From the NCBI RefSeq assembly GCF_009914755.1, contig NC_060934.1: DNA of 64,000 bases; one strand, written 5' to 3'. Each line of letters begins with the position of its first letter. The stretch's first letter is position 1. The notes beneath the pieces are model-generated. The model was not told the origin of the DNA. It ran no database searches and saw nothing but the letters and a program-made list of their open reading frames with translations. This document shows positions 13,666-26,860 of the stretch, piece by piece. The DNA is from the human T2T-CHM13v2.0 reference genome, Homo sapiens. A program made the translations under genes and the position numbers.

Positions 13666-14538
13666 TGTATCACATTTTCCTTATCCTATCTACCGATTTA
13701 TATTTTTTTGGGTATATACCATGGTGTGTATTTTGTGTGTGTGTGTGTATCACATTTTCCTTATCTAGTCTACTGATTTATATTCCTTTGGGTATATACC
13801 CAATAATGGGATTGCTGGATCAAATGGTAATTCTGTTTTAAGTTATTTGAGAAATCACCAAACTGATTTCCATAATGGCTGAACTAATTTACATTCCCAC
13901 CAGCAGTGTATAAGTGTTCTCTTTTCTCCACAACCTTGCCAGCATCTGTTTGTTTGTTTGTTTTTTTTACTTTTTAATAATAGCCATCTGACTGGTGTGA
14001 GATGGTATCTCATTATGGATTTTATTTCCATTTCTGTAATGATTAGTAATATTGGGCATTTTCTTATATGCTTGTTGTCCATTTGTATGTCTTCTTTTGA
14101 AAAGTGTCTGTTCATGTCCTGTGCCAACTTTTTAAATGTGGTTGTTTGTTTTTTGCTTGTTAATTTGTTTAAGTTCCTTAAAGATCCTGGATATTAGATC
14201 TTTGTTAGATGCATAGTTTGCAAATATTTTCTCCCATTTTGTAGGTTGTCTGTTTACTCTGTTGATAGTTTCTTTTGCTGTGAAGAAGCTCTTCAGTTTA
14301 ATTGGTTCCAATTTGCCAATTTTTGTTTTTGTTGCAGTTGCTTTTGATTTCTTCATCATGAAATCTTTGCCAAGGCCTATGTCCAGGATAGTATTTCCTC
14401 TGTTATCTTCCAGGGTTTTTATAGTTTTCTGTTTTACATTTAAGTCTCTAATCCATCTTAAGTCAATTTTTAGATATGGTATAAGGAAGGGGTTTAGTTT
14501 CAGTCTTCTGCATATGGCTAGGCAGTTATCACAATTAT
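13262..14538 (-). mobile_element. 5'-truncated L1 (L1PA13-16-like), 3' UTR plus ORF2 C-terminal remnant
   Basis: Poly-T tail at left, L1PA 3'UTR (aggttcaggggtacatgtgcagg), ORF2 peptides MNRHFSKEDIQM...RYHLTPVR and [29 protein letters not shown] on the minus strand. 10-bp TSD TCCATTTTAT at 13252-13261 and 14539-14548. Confidence 0.93.
13626..13664. repeat. (TG)n microsatellite within L1
   Basis: About 19 uninterrupted TG units. Confidence 0.95.
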
Positions 14539-14577
14539 TCCATTTTATAGGATAGGAAACAAGATTTTCTTGGCCAC

Positions 14578-14935
14578 TGGATTGGTTCGTTCTCATGCTG
14601 CTGTGAAGAAATACCCAAGACTCGGTAGTTTACAAAGAAAAGAGGTTTAATTGACTCACCGTTCTGCATAGCTAGGGGGAGCCTCAGAAAATTTACAATC
14701 ATGGCAGAAGGCACCTCTTCACAGGACAGCAGGAGAAAGAAAGAGTGCAAACAGGGGAAATACCATAGGTTTATAAAACTATCGTATCTCATGAGAATCA
14801 CTCATTATCACCAGAACAGCATGGGAGAAACTGCTCCTATGATTCAATTACCTCCACCTGGTCCCACCTTGACCTATTGGGATTAGTACAATTCAAGGTG
14901 AGATTTGGGTGGGGACACAGAGCCAAACCATACCA
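14578..14935 (-). mobile_element. THE1 (C/D-like) solo LTR
   Basis: ttctcatgctgctgtgaagaaatacccaagact...ggcacctcttcacag...gagatttgggtggggacacagagccaaaccatacca. Confidence 0.9.
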
Positions 14936-16950
14936 GTAGCCCAGTATATCAAAATATTCAGAAAAATGGTATTGGGAGGGAGGTGTATTGTTGCCCCAGT
15001 ATTTGGTTTCCAGGCAGCTATTAACATGAAGTACTGTCACATTCTTCAAACTTATCTAGTTCTGCCTCATTCTGAGTGATGAAGGTTTGATAAGGTGCAG
15101 TTACACTTAGTCTGTACCAACTTTCACCCTAAAGAGTATGAAGGAACTTGTTTGTCTATGTGTCTGTCACAGCATTAGTGACTTGCTTTAGAGAATCTTG
15201 TGAATCATGAATAGCTCCACTATCTATCCTTGCCTTGGGACTTTGCCATGCCCAGTGTTGATGACAGTCACTGAAATTCTGCCAGGTTGAATCATTCATT
15301 ATTACCTTGTCTGCAGAAGAATTGCTGATCTTTTGCATATCATCATCTTATTCTTCTTTCATTTGAGATTATGGATATTTGTAAAATCTATTCAACATCT
15401 TTGATAAATCATTTTAGATAACTACATATTATTCCATTTCTTGAATATTTTTTCATTTCTTAATCAACCTTCTAATGTTGGTCATTTAGGTTGTTTACAA
15501 TTTACAACTATAATATATTGCTGAAATAAGTTGCTTGTGTTATTTATTTAGGATAAAATCACAGAAATCAAATTACCACTCACATGGTAGGAACATTTGT
15601 AGGGAACTTAATACATGGTTTCAAATTGGAAAAGTTTTCTTAAGTTTATAAAATTAACATTACTCTATAAGATTCCTGACAGCAGAGATTTTATCTTTTT
15701 AAACTATCTTTTTCCTGACACCTCAAGTAGTTTCCTAACACCTAAAAAAGCCTGGTATATTGGTATAAATAAATATTTTTGTATGACTGATTTATGACTC
15801 TACTTTAGTTGTACTGATTAAGTTATTCCCAGATGAACCTAGAACCAAGCTATCAACAAAACATCAACTTTGTTTGTGTACCAAACTGTGAAGATAAGAC
15901 AGGAGGAAATAAATCTGCTGTCTACCTTTTGTGTTTTTCAACCCTTCAGCAAAAGTAGGCTCTGGATATGTCTTCAAATGGAATCTTTGGTTTTGTAATC
16001 TTTTTTAAAAAATTGGTTGATTCTCAACTTTTGTAGGTGATGACGGTGACGGTAGTAGTAGAGGTGTGTGGGTGTGTGTCTGTGTGGGTGTTGTGTATGA
16101 TGAGGATGTGGGCAGAGATTTCCCCTTCCCACTTATCAGTTTAAATTAGTATCTAATCACTTAGGCTTTGGATATTTTTGTGATTTCTTCAATTACTACT
16201 GAACTGAAAGGACATAGTTGCTGTTAGAGTTTGCAACCTGGGCTTTGATCTAGATATACACTTATAATGAATCTCTGTGACCTTTTAAAAAAGATGTATT
16301 TGTTTTGCTCAAATTGCGTATGGAATTGTGAATTGGAATGGTACTTAATCTTTTCGGTTGCAAACCTTTCTCAAGACATCCCAAGTGCTGAACACTAGAT
16401 GGCATGGTAGAGTTATCATACTATTCTTGGAAGAGAAAGTCCACTCCAAAGCATGGAAATTTTCTGCCTTGGCAAAAATAAACAACTGAAGTAACAAAAT
16501 ATAGCTTGCTATAGGAACAAGCATGACTTATCTTCACACTTTTAAAAACTATTAACTGAGTATATATTACACTCCCCTTTTCTAAGTTATAAGAGTAATA
16601 ATGCTTGTCAAAACAAACCTTAAATATAGAAATAAATAAAAGTGGAAAATGACTTATAACCTCATTAACCAGAAATATCCACTGTTAACCTTTTGATAAA
16701 TTTTCTTGAGATTTCGAGACTCCTTGATGCATATGTAAACATTTATAGATACATAGATATAGAAAGATGTTTGGAAAATGCCATTTTATAATATGCATAT
16801 TTATAGAGAAATATAGATAGATATTTGGAAAATGCCATTTTGTAAAATGCATTCTATCAAATAAATGAAAGACATTTTTCATGTCACTATATGTAAAGTA
16901 TCACAAAAATAGTTATAGTTGCAGTGTTTTACATAGAATATATTTATCAT

Positions 16951-17162
16951 GGCCAGGAGCAGTGGCTCACACTTGTAATAGCAAGAAAGTGCAAGACGCT
17001 GTCTCTACAAAATCATAGTCCTAATTACACAGGAGGCTGACATGGGAGGATCACTTGAGCCTGGGAGGTCAAGGCTGCAGTTGAGCTATGACTGTGCCAC
17101 TGCACTCGAGCCCCAGCCTGGGTAAGAGAGTGAGACCCTGTCTCAAAAAAAAAAAAAAAAAA
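16951..17162 (+). mobile_element. AluJ with internal deletions
   Basis: ggccaggagcagtggctcac...ggaggatcacttgagcctgggaggtcaaggctgcag...A-tail. Perfect 16-bp TSD AGAATATATTTATCAT at 16935-16950 and 17163-17178. Confidence 0.92.
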
Positions 17163-18544
17163 AGAATATATTTATCATAATTATTTATTTAGCCAATTTA
17201 TCATTGTAACTTCAGGTTGTTTTAGAATTTTTGCTATTATAACATTGCTGAAATTAGCATCCTTATTCTTAATACTCTATACTTTTCCAATTATTTCCTC
17301 AGATTAAATTTCTAGGTAAAGTGTTATACGTATTTAGATTTGACTTACCTTATCTTATAAAAGTGACCCCAAAGAGTTCACTTGCCATTTACACCATGCA
17401 AGTACACAATGTGAAGATGGCCATCTGACCTCTATTGTCAGATTGTCCACCAAAATTATTAAATCAATTTATTTCTATTACTGCCTAAAGTACTTGAGAA
17501 TCCCGTTTTCTCAACATTTTTGCCAACATTGGGTATTTTTATTTTTTTGAGTGTTTTTCAGTATGAGGCTTCAACAATTAATATTGCGTTGTTTTATTTT
17601 GCAGGCTAAAAATTATTAGTGAGGTTACACATTTTTTTTCTTTTACCACTTATATTTCTTTCTTGTTGAAACATATGCTTGTATGATCTGGTGACTACTC
17701 CTTTAGGATGTTTGTCTTTTTCAATAGATTGTTAAAAGGTTATTTTATATTTGAGACACTGACTCTTCATGTTTTATGTGTTGCCAATTTTTGATCAGTG
17801 TGTAGTTTTCTTTTCCTTGCTAATAATATTTCTGTTGTTTCACTTGTGTGCATTTGGGTGTGACTTGCAGAAGTTTGACATTTTTAGAGCATCAACGCTA
17901 TTAATCTTTTCTTTGGTGCTTTTTGTTTTTGATGCTGTGCTTACATACCATATCAAGACTGTAAAAGAATTTGGCTCTGAGTAAGAGACATATGTGTTCT
18001 TTATAGAGTAAAATACTGTAACAAAAGTTATAGTTATAATGTGTTTATTTTTGTCAGCCAATTATAAATTTGTCATATATTAACATATTTAAATCTTCCT
18101 AAATTCACATATTTTCACTATATAACCTGCTTAGTTTATTGTCTTTGGTATTGGAAAATGCTGTACACAACATATTGTACTTCCAACCTCCGGTTAGGAC
18201 TGAAAATTTTAAAATCTCTTCTCTGCTATTGTCTTCCCTACACAGAAGCCCTTAAAATTACAACTAAAAGGTCTACCTCTAACCAAAGTCTCTAATTATT
18301 GACTTCCTTTTTGTTTACACTGCTTCCCTCATGCTTTTTAAAATAAATTTCTGTTCAAGTTGAAGCCTAGGCTGCCCTTCACTCCCCCTCAGGTTAATAA
18401 TACTTTTGAATATAAGAATCAAACTTTGTTGATACCACAGTAATGTTCTAGTGGGTAAGACCTAAAGGTTTTTTGTTTTTGTTTTTACCTTATCTTAAAA
18501 GATATCTAGACTAATTTGAGTGAGAAACATATTGAAAAACTTTT

Positions 18545-18897
18545 TGCTATGGATTGAATGTTTGTGTCCCCCTACCCCAAATTCATATGTTGAAATTTAA
18601 TTCCAAATGTGGTGATATTTGGAGCTGGGAATTTTAGGAGGTGATTAGGTCATGAGAGATGGAGCCTTTATGAATGGGATTACTGATTTCAAAAAAGAGA
18701 CCCCAGAGAGTTCACTTGCCCCTTCTACCATGTGACGACACAACGAGAATATAACCATCAGTGAACCAGGTACCACGTCTGCTAGCACCTTAAACTAAGA
18801 TTTCCCAGCCTCCAGAACAATGAGAAACAAACATCTATTGTTTTAAAGTCACCCAGTCTATGATATTTTGTTATAGCAGCCCAAGTGGACTAAGACA
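18545..18897 (+). mobile_element. MLT1A-type MaLR solo LTR
   Basis: tgctatggattgaatgtttgtgtcc...attttgttatagcagcccaagtggactaagaca; imperfect TSD ctttt/ctctt. Confidence 0.88.
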
Positions 18898-18974
18898 CTC
18901 TTCAAAGAGAAAGTGTATCATTCTTATAGTCCTGTATTAAAGGAAATGGCCCTGGGTAGTTTCTCAAGGATTTG

Positions 18975-20140
18975 TTCATTCATCTATCCATTCAAAATAT
19001 ATTCTTTAGCACTTACTAGGTGCCAGGCTCTGGGGATATGATGGTAAATAACAATAGATATGATCTTACTTAATATGAATATTAGAGTGTGGGGATATGT
19101 GAGAAAACATAAAAAATGTAACAATCACATCATTAATGTAGCCTTTCAAAGACAGAAATATGGACCTATGAGACTGTATAGCAAAGGATCCTGACATGGA
19201 CAGGAATCAGGAAAAGCAGAGTCCTGAAGATTGGATAGAAGTTATCCAGATGAAGAGACACCATCTAGCTGTTCATGCAAGAGATTATTTCATTAAAAGG
19301 ACTTGTAGCAGGAAAGTTCTTGGCATACTCAAGGGTCTGAAATGAGGCTGATGTGATTGGAACAAAGAAACATTATGCAGAACGAAGGTAGGGAGATAGA
19401 CAGAGGCTAGACTAGACACGCAGAGCCACATTAAAGATGCTATTCACAATTCCAAGAGTGATAGGAAATCATGGAAGGGTTTTAAGTGGGAAGGTGGGGA
19501 GGTGACCTGATAGGAGCTCTTTTGTAAAGCTCACTGTGACTGTGGTATTGGGAATCAACTGAAAGGGGGCCAGAGTAGATGACAGGGAACAATGTGAGGG
19601 GCCCTGTAGTGGTCCAAGAGAGTGATGGTGGTACTGCGAACTATATGGTGGTGGCTGCAAAGAACATGAGATGTAGATGGATTTTAGAGGCATTGAGAAA
19701 GTGAGATTGATGGAGCCAGGAGGTAGATTGAAAATAGGTTTGAGGCAGAAGGATATGTCAAGGATGGTTCCTTGAGGCTTTTGTAACTAAATGGACAGTG
19801 ATGCACAGATAAGTTAGAGGCAGAATAGCATAGGTTAAGTCCAGAATATATTGCATTCGAGATGCCTTGGAGACATAAAAGTGGAAATGTCAAGTTGGCA
19901 ATTAGATATCATCTCTGGAATTCAAATGAGAGATTGAGGCAAGTGATATACATTTGGAAATCATTGACCCATGTGTGTGAACTGAAGTGATGGGCATGGT
20001 AGAGATTACATAAGGAGAAAGATAGTAGGAAAAGAGAAAAAGGCCTAAGCCTCAACCTCAAGGATATCCAACATTTAATGACTACACAAAGGAGTATCTG
20101 GAGAGGTGGTAGGACATCTAGGAGAGTGTGGTGTCCCCGT
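18975..20140 (-). mobile_element. L2 fragment
   Basis: ttcattcatctatccattcaaaatat...cacttactaggtgccaggctctgggg...tgagatgccttggagacat...gtggaaatgtcaagttggcaattagatat typical of antisense L2. Confidence 0.8.
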
Positions 20141-20922
20141 ATCATGGGTAACCACATTCTATTTGCTGTGATCGCATGACCTTGATCATAGATACTGGAT
20201 GAAGGGTAAGCATTTGAACTAAGTACAGCTAGTCTGCAGGCTAACCAGAAGCACATGAGGCTTTCCAACACAGATAATCTCCCAGCAGGGCTGTCTACTG
20301 GATAATGGGTGAATGAACAAATTAGGTCCTCTGCCTTGGAGATGTTGAATGCCAGACCCACAAATGGAGGGCATCCCTGATAGGAAGAGCAGAAGCCAGT
20401 GACTTACAGAAAGGAGCAGAGGCAGAGGGTAGCTGTGTTACAATCATGGCAGAGTACGAAAGAAGGAGTCCCTGCTGCCCAGGGGGAGCAGACAACCCAG
20501 TGTCTAGAGTTACGTTGAGTTGTAAACAAGCTTCTAGTATCTGACTTATATTTCACTCCATGCAAAGCCAAACTGCATGGCTATTTATAAGTTTTTGTAA
20601 GCAGAAGCTACTTAGTGATCCATCTCATAATTTTTATTTCCACATGTATTTTATAAGAAAACTTACTGCGGGGGAACCTAAGTCTGTTTCTTACAATTTA
20701 AACTGTTACCTCACCCTCCTTCTTCAGGTCCTCCCATGCACTTTTACTTTTCATTCTTGTTCTCACATGAACTTTATCCCCTTGCCCTCTACCAGCTTCA
20801 CTTTGATTATGTCCTCACGTATTATGTGGATTCTTTTAAGTATAAACTCCTCTTTTAAGTATAAACCATTACCCACTAATGCAGCTCTGAAGTGGTTTTG
20901 CATTAAAAAAAATCGTGGTCTG

Positions 20923-21133
20923 ACATAAACTTAGAGAGTGAAATAGTGAAATGGAGCCTCAGAAGTGTGAGGGAGTGGGATGGGGCTGGATGATGAGAAA
21001 TTACTAATGGATACAACATGCCTTATTTGGATGATGGATACTCTAAGAACTCTGACTTGACTACTTTGCAATCTATGCATGTAACAAAATTGCACTTACA
21101 GCCCATACATTTATACAAATAAAAAATAAATAA
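20923..21133 (+). mobile_element. L1MA/L1PB 3' end
   Basis: gagaaattactaatggatacaac...caatctatgcatgtaacaaaattgcactt...atttatacaaataaaaaataaataaa. Confidence 0.85.
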
Positions 21134-21844
21134 AGATGTTCTTCCTCAACTAAAAAAAATGGTCTGAAAAGGAATTTCAATTTTTTCTCTTTAGTGGGGT
21201 CGAAGCACTTTGTCCACACCAACTCCTGTCAAACTTTCTTCCCCATTGGATTCTCTAGCATGTCTAACCTCAGGATGGGTCTCACTGTCTTAATTTTAAC
21301 AGACAGTGGCAGCACCAAGAGGTGACTAGAGGGGACTTTGGTTAAAGTGATCAAACGTCCAGGGCTTTGTACCTGTTGGTTCATCATAATAATTAATGTC
21401 ACCTCTTTCCATTTGCAAAAGCGCCTTAGCTTGGGCTGTAAACTTTGTGGTCACTCTCGCTTACTCCCCCTCTCCTCTCTCCTGATCCCAATTTCCATCA
21501 ACCTTCCCCAAAAGTAAACATATAATCTAAGCTCTCTTCTTGTATGATGGCCCCACATTTTCTTTGCTCACATTAAAGTCCCTTAAGTGAGTATAATTCT
21601 TCTCTGATGACTTGTCCTTGCTTTCCTCAGAGATCAGAGGAAAGAAAAGGAGGAAAGCTGTGAATCCCCACAAATTAAAAACTTTATCTTGTCACATTCC
21701 TCTTATCCTCTACATTTTTATCTTCCCATCTCTTCCTATCCTTCCTAAAGCTTGGCAGCTCATTACTGTCATTAGAGAGAAAGCCCCTTCCTCAATGACT
21801 AGAGTATGCCTCTCTCATTCTTCCCTGGATTTATTATGTGCAGG

Positions 21845-22100
21845 CATCAGTATGGCTGTGGGTGAAAGCAAAGGTTCTGGAGTCAGCCTGGGTGTGAATC
21901 CTGGTCCCACCATTTATGAACTCTGTGCCATTGGGCAAAATACTTCCACTCTCAGGATCTCCCTTTCTGCACCAGTACAGTGAGTATAAGGAGAGTATAT
22001 GCCTTACAGGACTGTGAAGCTTAAACATGATGATACATATAAAGCACTTTGTTTCTGGCAGGTTTCAAATGCTAATTATATGTTGGATATTAGTATTATT
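21845..22100 (+). mobile_element. MIR
   Basis: ttctggagtcagcctgggtgtgaatcctggtcccaccattt...ttgggcaaaatactt...tataaagcactt. Confidence 0.75.
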
Positions 22101-22591
22101 ATCCATTTCCATGCTAGAGGTTCATCCTCTTTTAAAACCACCATCTTCAAATTAGCACTGATGTCACCTGCCCTCGTTTAGCATCCTCCTATTTGGCCTT
22201 TCCCTGAAGACTTGAACACATGCATATTGTTTTTCTCATTCCCAGGGACTTTTCTGAACCTAGTCTCCATCCCCTGAGCACCTTGACTTCATGATCCTAT
22301 GCCCATTGAGACTTCTTTCACCTTCATGTCTTTGCCACACCAGGTAAGAGAATTAATATTCTCAAATATACAAAGCAAGGCTGTGACTCAGTTCACTGGT
22401 CATAGTCTCCTCTCCTCTTTCATTTATCAGCAACCCCATGGCTAAGTTGTAGATCCAGGATGAAAATCTAGGTCTTTCTGATTAAAAATTCATGATTTAG
22501 CTCTTATGTTTTACTATATTTTCAATCACAATCGACTATTAGTCTCTTCTCTTACAATTTTGTGTTGAATCAGTCTTTCCTCCTGCCCTGA

Positions 22592-22885
<294 letters not shown>

Positions 22886-23969
22886 AGGTCAGAGCTTTGG
22901 TACAAATGGAAAGTGGGCTTGTCTTTGCCCCCTTCAGGTGTATCTCTTTAGAGCCTCAATACTAGTTAGTTGCTTGGCATTCCTAAGGGAATATATAGGG
23001 AAAGAGGAATAATAGAGGTATGGTTGGCCACTGGATCAGAGCAATTTCTTCTGCATCAAGTGATACTAATTCAGATATTTTCTTGCATGGTGGATATTTC
23101 ATATCCCCATCTTCCCAAAAGAAGGAATTACCTTCCCTTAGGAGGAGAACCATCTTGAGAATGATCTAGAAGAAAAAATAAAATGGGCTGATGAAAATTA
23201 TTTTGGGAACAACTTTTAATTATTAGGTTACGTAAGACAGGAAGCTCATTATGACTATAACTATAAACTTTATACTGGATTCTATGCGTAAAATTGGCAA
23301 AAGTTCCAATGTATTGCCAATCACTAACTTGAAGATAAGAGCGACTGGAAACACTTTGTTTCTCAAATTTAAGCAGAATCAAACTGATGAAGCTCTGCAC
23401 CACAGAGACCATGACTTTCTTCTTACTCTGTTGTTCCATTCTGGATGGGCCAATGATAGACCTTCACTTGGTCATTTTATAACCATGTGTGACACAAGGA
23501 GCCTGTTAACCTGGTTATGAAGCATCAGCCCAGGAAACAGATGTTTTATTTAGAAAGTCTGTCACTAATAACAAAATGAATATTTTTATTTTTTTAATTG
23601 AGTCTTTTAAAACTAAATGAACTGGGCATAAATACTTCTCCTTTTCAAAAGTGTTTCAAAACTTCCCCAGTACTTACTTAGTATAACAGGCTCTACTTCC
23701 CAAGATTTGGTTCCTTTAAAATAGTCCTGACCGAAAGTCATCTGTTTAGTTTCTTGTTTATTTTTCAAAATATTCTTATATTAAAAATGAAAATAAAAAG
23801 TTCATAATTACCGATATTTTGAATGTTTTATATTGTTTAAATAAATATTAATTAGTCTTCTTTTTGATGTTGCATTAACTTATTAATTATGTGGCCTTCT
23901 AAGTGAGAGTTCTCATTGATTATAGTAATGTATGTTTGTATGTTTTATTTATAATAAGGGTTGGGGGCT

Positions 23970-24200
23970 GTTAGACTCTGATCTCAAAATACCTAAATTT
24001 GAGTCCTACTATTGCCACTTAATAACTCTGACTTTGGCAGCTTATTCAATGGCTTTAAGCCTCAGTTTTCTTTTCTGTAAAATAAAGAAACTAATATTTC
24101 CTACTCTGTAAGATTCTTGCGTGTATTCAAGAGTAAACTGCATATGAAGCCTACTACCTAGCATAACAGCCCAATAAACCTCAGAAATAATTGCTATTTT
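23970..24200 (+). mobile_element. MIR
   Basis: tgactttggcagcttattcaatggctttaagcctcagttttcttttctgtaaaat MIR core. Confidence 0.7.
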
Positions 24201-25065
24201 GGTTGTAGAACAGCAACAGTTTAGCACATGCGAAAACCTATATTGCCCTAAGGGCTTCTGATCATGATTCTTTCATCATTTAATGTAAAATAAGCCAGAT
24301 TAAAAAAAATTAGATGCCCACAGTAGAGAAAAAAAGTAGGAAAGTGTCTTATCCCATTGATGGCATAAGAAAAGTCAGACACAAAGTTTCTGTCTGAAAG
24401 TCAAATTTGGCACCCCAGGATAACACAATGAGTTCTTTCAGACATTCAGTTTTTTGGACTTGAGCAGTTTGCAGAGTTGGCTCATTATAGGCAGATGGTT
24501 TTATTGTCAGATTGCAATGATTAAGTAATAAGGGAAATCTTATTTTAAAATATCAGTCTTTGTAGAGTTAGTCCTTAGAGACTGCAGTTGTCATAAAACA
24601 TCTGAATGGAAAAGTTATATCAGAGGAAAACATAAGCAGTTTTCTCATAAAAGTTGACTCCATCCTCTTTCTGCCTCCCTAAGTTACTTTGTTATAGAGC
24701 AACAGCTCAAAGGACTGTCATTTTTGCTTCTTCACTAGTAGAAGAGAGAAAGTAAAATGCAAAGACAAGCCAATTGCTATGGAAAACCAATAAAGTAGCC
24801 AAAATTTCAGATAACAATCTTTTTTCTTTTGAAATGCTTTGTAATAATTTGTTTGCTTTATTTCAATGCAAAAGTTTCCTACATTACACATCTAAACCAT
24901 TTAAAATATAAATGATTGACTTCAAATGAATGCATAGAGTTTTCCCCCCACATTTTTTACTTTAATGACATAATTAACATACTGCTTATTATCAAAGATG
25001 ATGCTACCTGGAAAGTCTCAACAATGAATGTATCACAACCAGAAAAGTTTGTATATGATTAATTT

Positions 25066-25375
25066 ATATTTTATTATTTATTTATTTATTTTTGAGACAG
25101 GATCTTGCTCTATTGCCAAGGCTGGAGTACAGTGGCGTGGTCTCGGCTCACTGCAACCTCTGTTTCCCGGGCTCAAGGGATCCTCCCACCTCAGCCTCCT
25201 GAGTAGCTGGGACTACAGGCAGCTGCCAGCATACCTGGCTTGTTTTTTGTACTTTTTGTAGGGACAGGTTTTGCCATGCTGCCCAGGCTGACCTTGAACT
25301 CCTGGACTCAAGGAATTTACCTGCCTTGGCCTCCCAAAATGCTGGGATTACAGGCATATGTCACCATACTTGGCC
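25066..25375 (-). mobile_element. AluJ
   Basis: (TTTA)n tail, gagacaggatcttgctctattgcc...gctgggattacaggcat...tggcc. Confidence 0.93.
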
Positions 25376-25593
25376 TCATGTGATGGATTTATATTATTGG
25401 CACCACTGAATTACACTCCTCTCTCACACAGCCCTTTGTTGGAGAGCTTCTCTGTTTAACAGTTCATCTATTTCTCAGCTACAGCTGGCTGGAAATTCTA
25501 AGAGAGGGGATAGCTGGATGGGAGGAGGAAATGCGTTTCTCATCCTCAGCAATATGGAGACTACCCTCTTTACTTCTATCTGTGGTAGAATTC

Positions 25594-25728
25594 TGTATAT
25601 ATATATTCTATATATATTCTATATCTTCTATATATATCTATATATATTGAATATTATATTATATATTCAATATATATATCTATATCAGATATATCTATAT
25701 TGAATATATCTATATATATATTCAATAT
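25594..25728. repeat. TA-rich low-complexity tract
   Basis: Degenerate (TA)n. Confidence 0.85.
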
Positions 25729-26239
25729 CTTCTCTCATAGCCCTCATTTTGTCTGTTGCGCTGTGGAAGGGGAGGTAGATAGATTCATGTGGAAAAATTA
25801 AAGTCACACTGGCATTTATTACGTGGGAACTGACTCACTTCAATAGACTCACCAGAATTCTCAATTGTGAAGAATGTGGACTTTGAATTATTTTACAGAC
25901 TAGATGTGTGACCTTTGGATGAACCACATAAGTCGTCGCAAAGCTAATAAGGATTGAATTTAGGATTAGATCTCAAGTTGAATGATAGTATTTATGAAAT
26001 TGAAAAATTCATACTAAATACATACATGCATAATACTAAATACATACATCTGTCTGTGGGTAGACAGATTAGACACCATCGATGATTATGCTGAAAAGGC
26101 ATGCAGAAAAAAATCATAGTGTCTAAAATTTCTACTATTTTCATTCTTTTTAAAAATTAAGATATCGTAAACCTTAGTGATAACTGTAGTGTATGTGTGG
26201 TAACTAGCTAAATACTTTTCTCCTTTTCCTTGGTTCTCA

Positions 26240-26860
26240 TTTACTGTTCAACCCACTATGACTTGGCAGTTTTCTTAATCATTCTATTGAAAATATTGCT
26301 ATGCAACAACATGTCCTAATTGCCCAAGTCCTCTCATTGTTTTCTACTTTCATCTTGTTTGACTTTTTAGCAGCATTTGACTCTCTTTTTCAGTCCTTTT
26401 TTGGAAGTCTTTCTGGATTTTCATGACATTACCCCCACCTGGTTTTTCTCTTATCTCTGTCTTATCTTTCCAAGCCGGCTTCCACATCTGAATTTCTCTT
26501 CCCATCCTTAAATTATTGATTGGCATTTCATACTAGTTCCTCTGTCATCTGTCTCTTTATACTTCCCCTCACTGGTTACATTCAAACCTACAGCTGCAAC
26601 TGTCATTAGTTACACTACTGGATCTCAAGTCTCTCTTCTGCACACAACTTTTTCCTAAGATCTGGTTCCTTGTGTCCCCCATCTTCTTGGACACATCCAC
26701 CTCAATGCACCACAGGCATTTCAAATTTGATGAGCCCAAAATGAAAATCATTTCTCTTCTCTCAACTCAACTTGCTCATCGTCCACCATTCTCTATTATC
26801 TACCAAATTTCTAAATCAAGAAAACCCTTCACCTCCACATTATATCCATTCCTTTAATGG
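26240..26860 (+). mobile_element. L2 fragment
   Basis: catcttgttttgactttttagcagcatttgactct...ttcttggacacatccacctcaatgcaccacaggcatttcaaattt L2 ORF2/3' region. Confidence 0.7.

Noticed and set aside
13855-14596. ORFs with L1 ORF2p similarity as functional CDS
   Set aside because: Fragments of a 5'-truncated, frameshifted L1.
20470-20492. CTCF-like motif cccagggggagc
   Set aside because: The 5' CC of the core consensus is missing; too weak without ChIP data.
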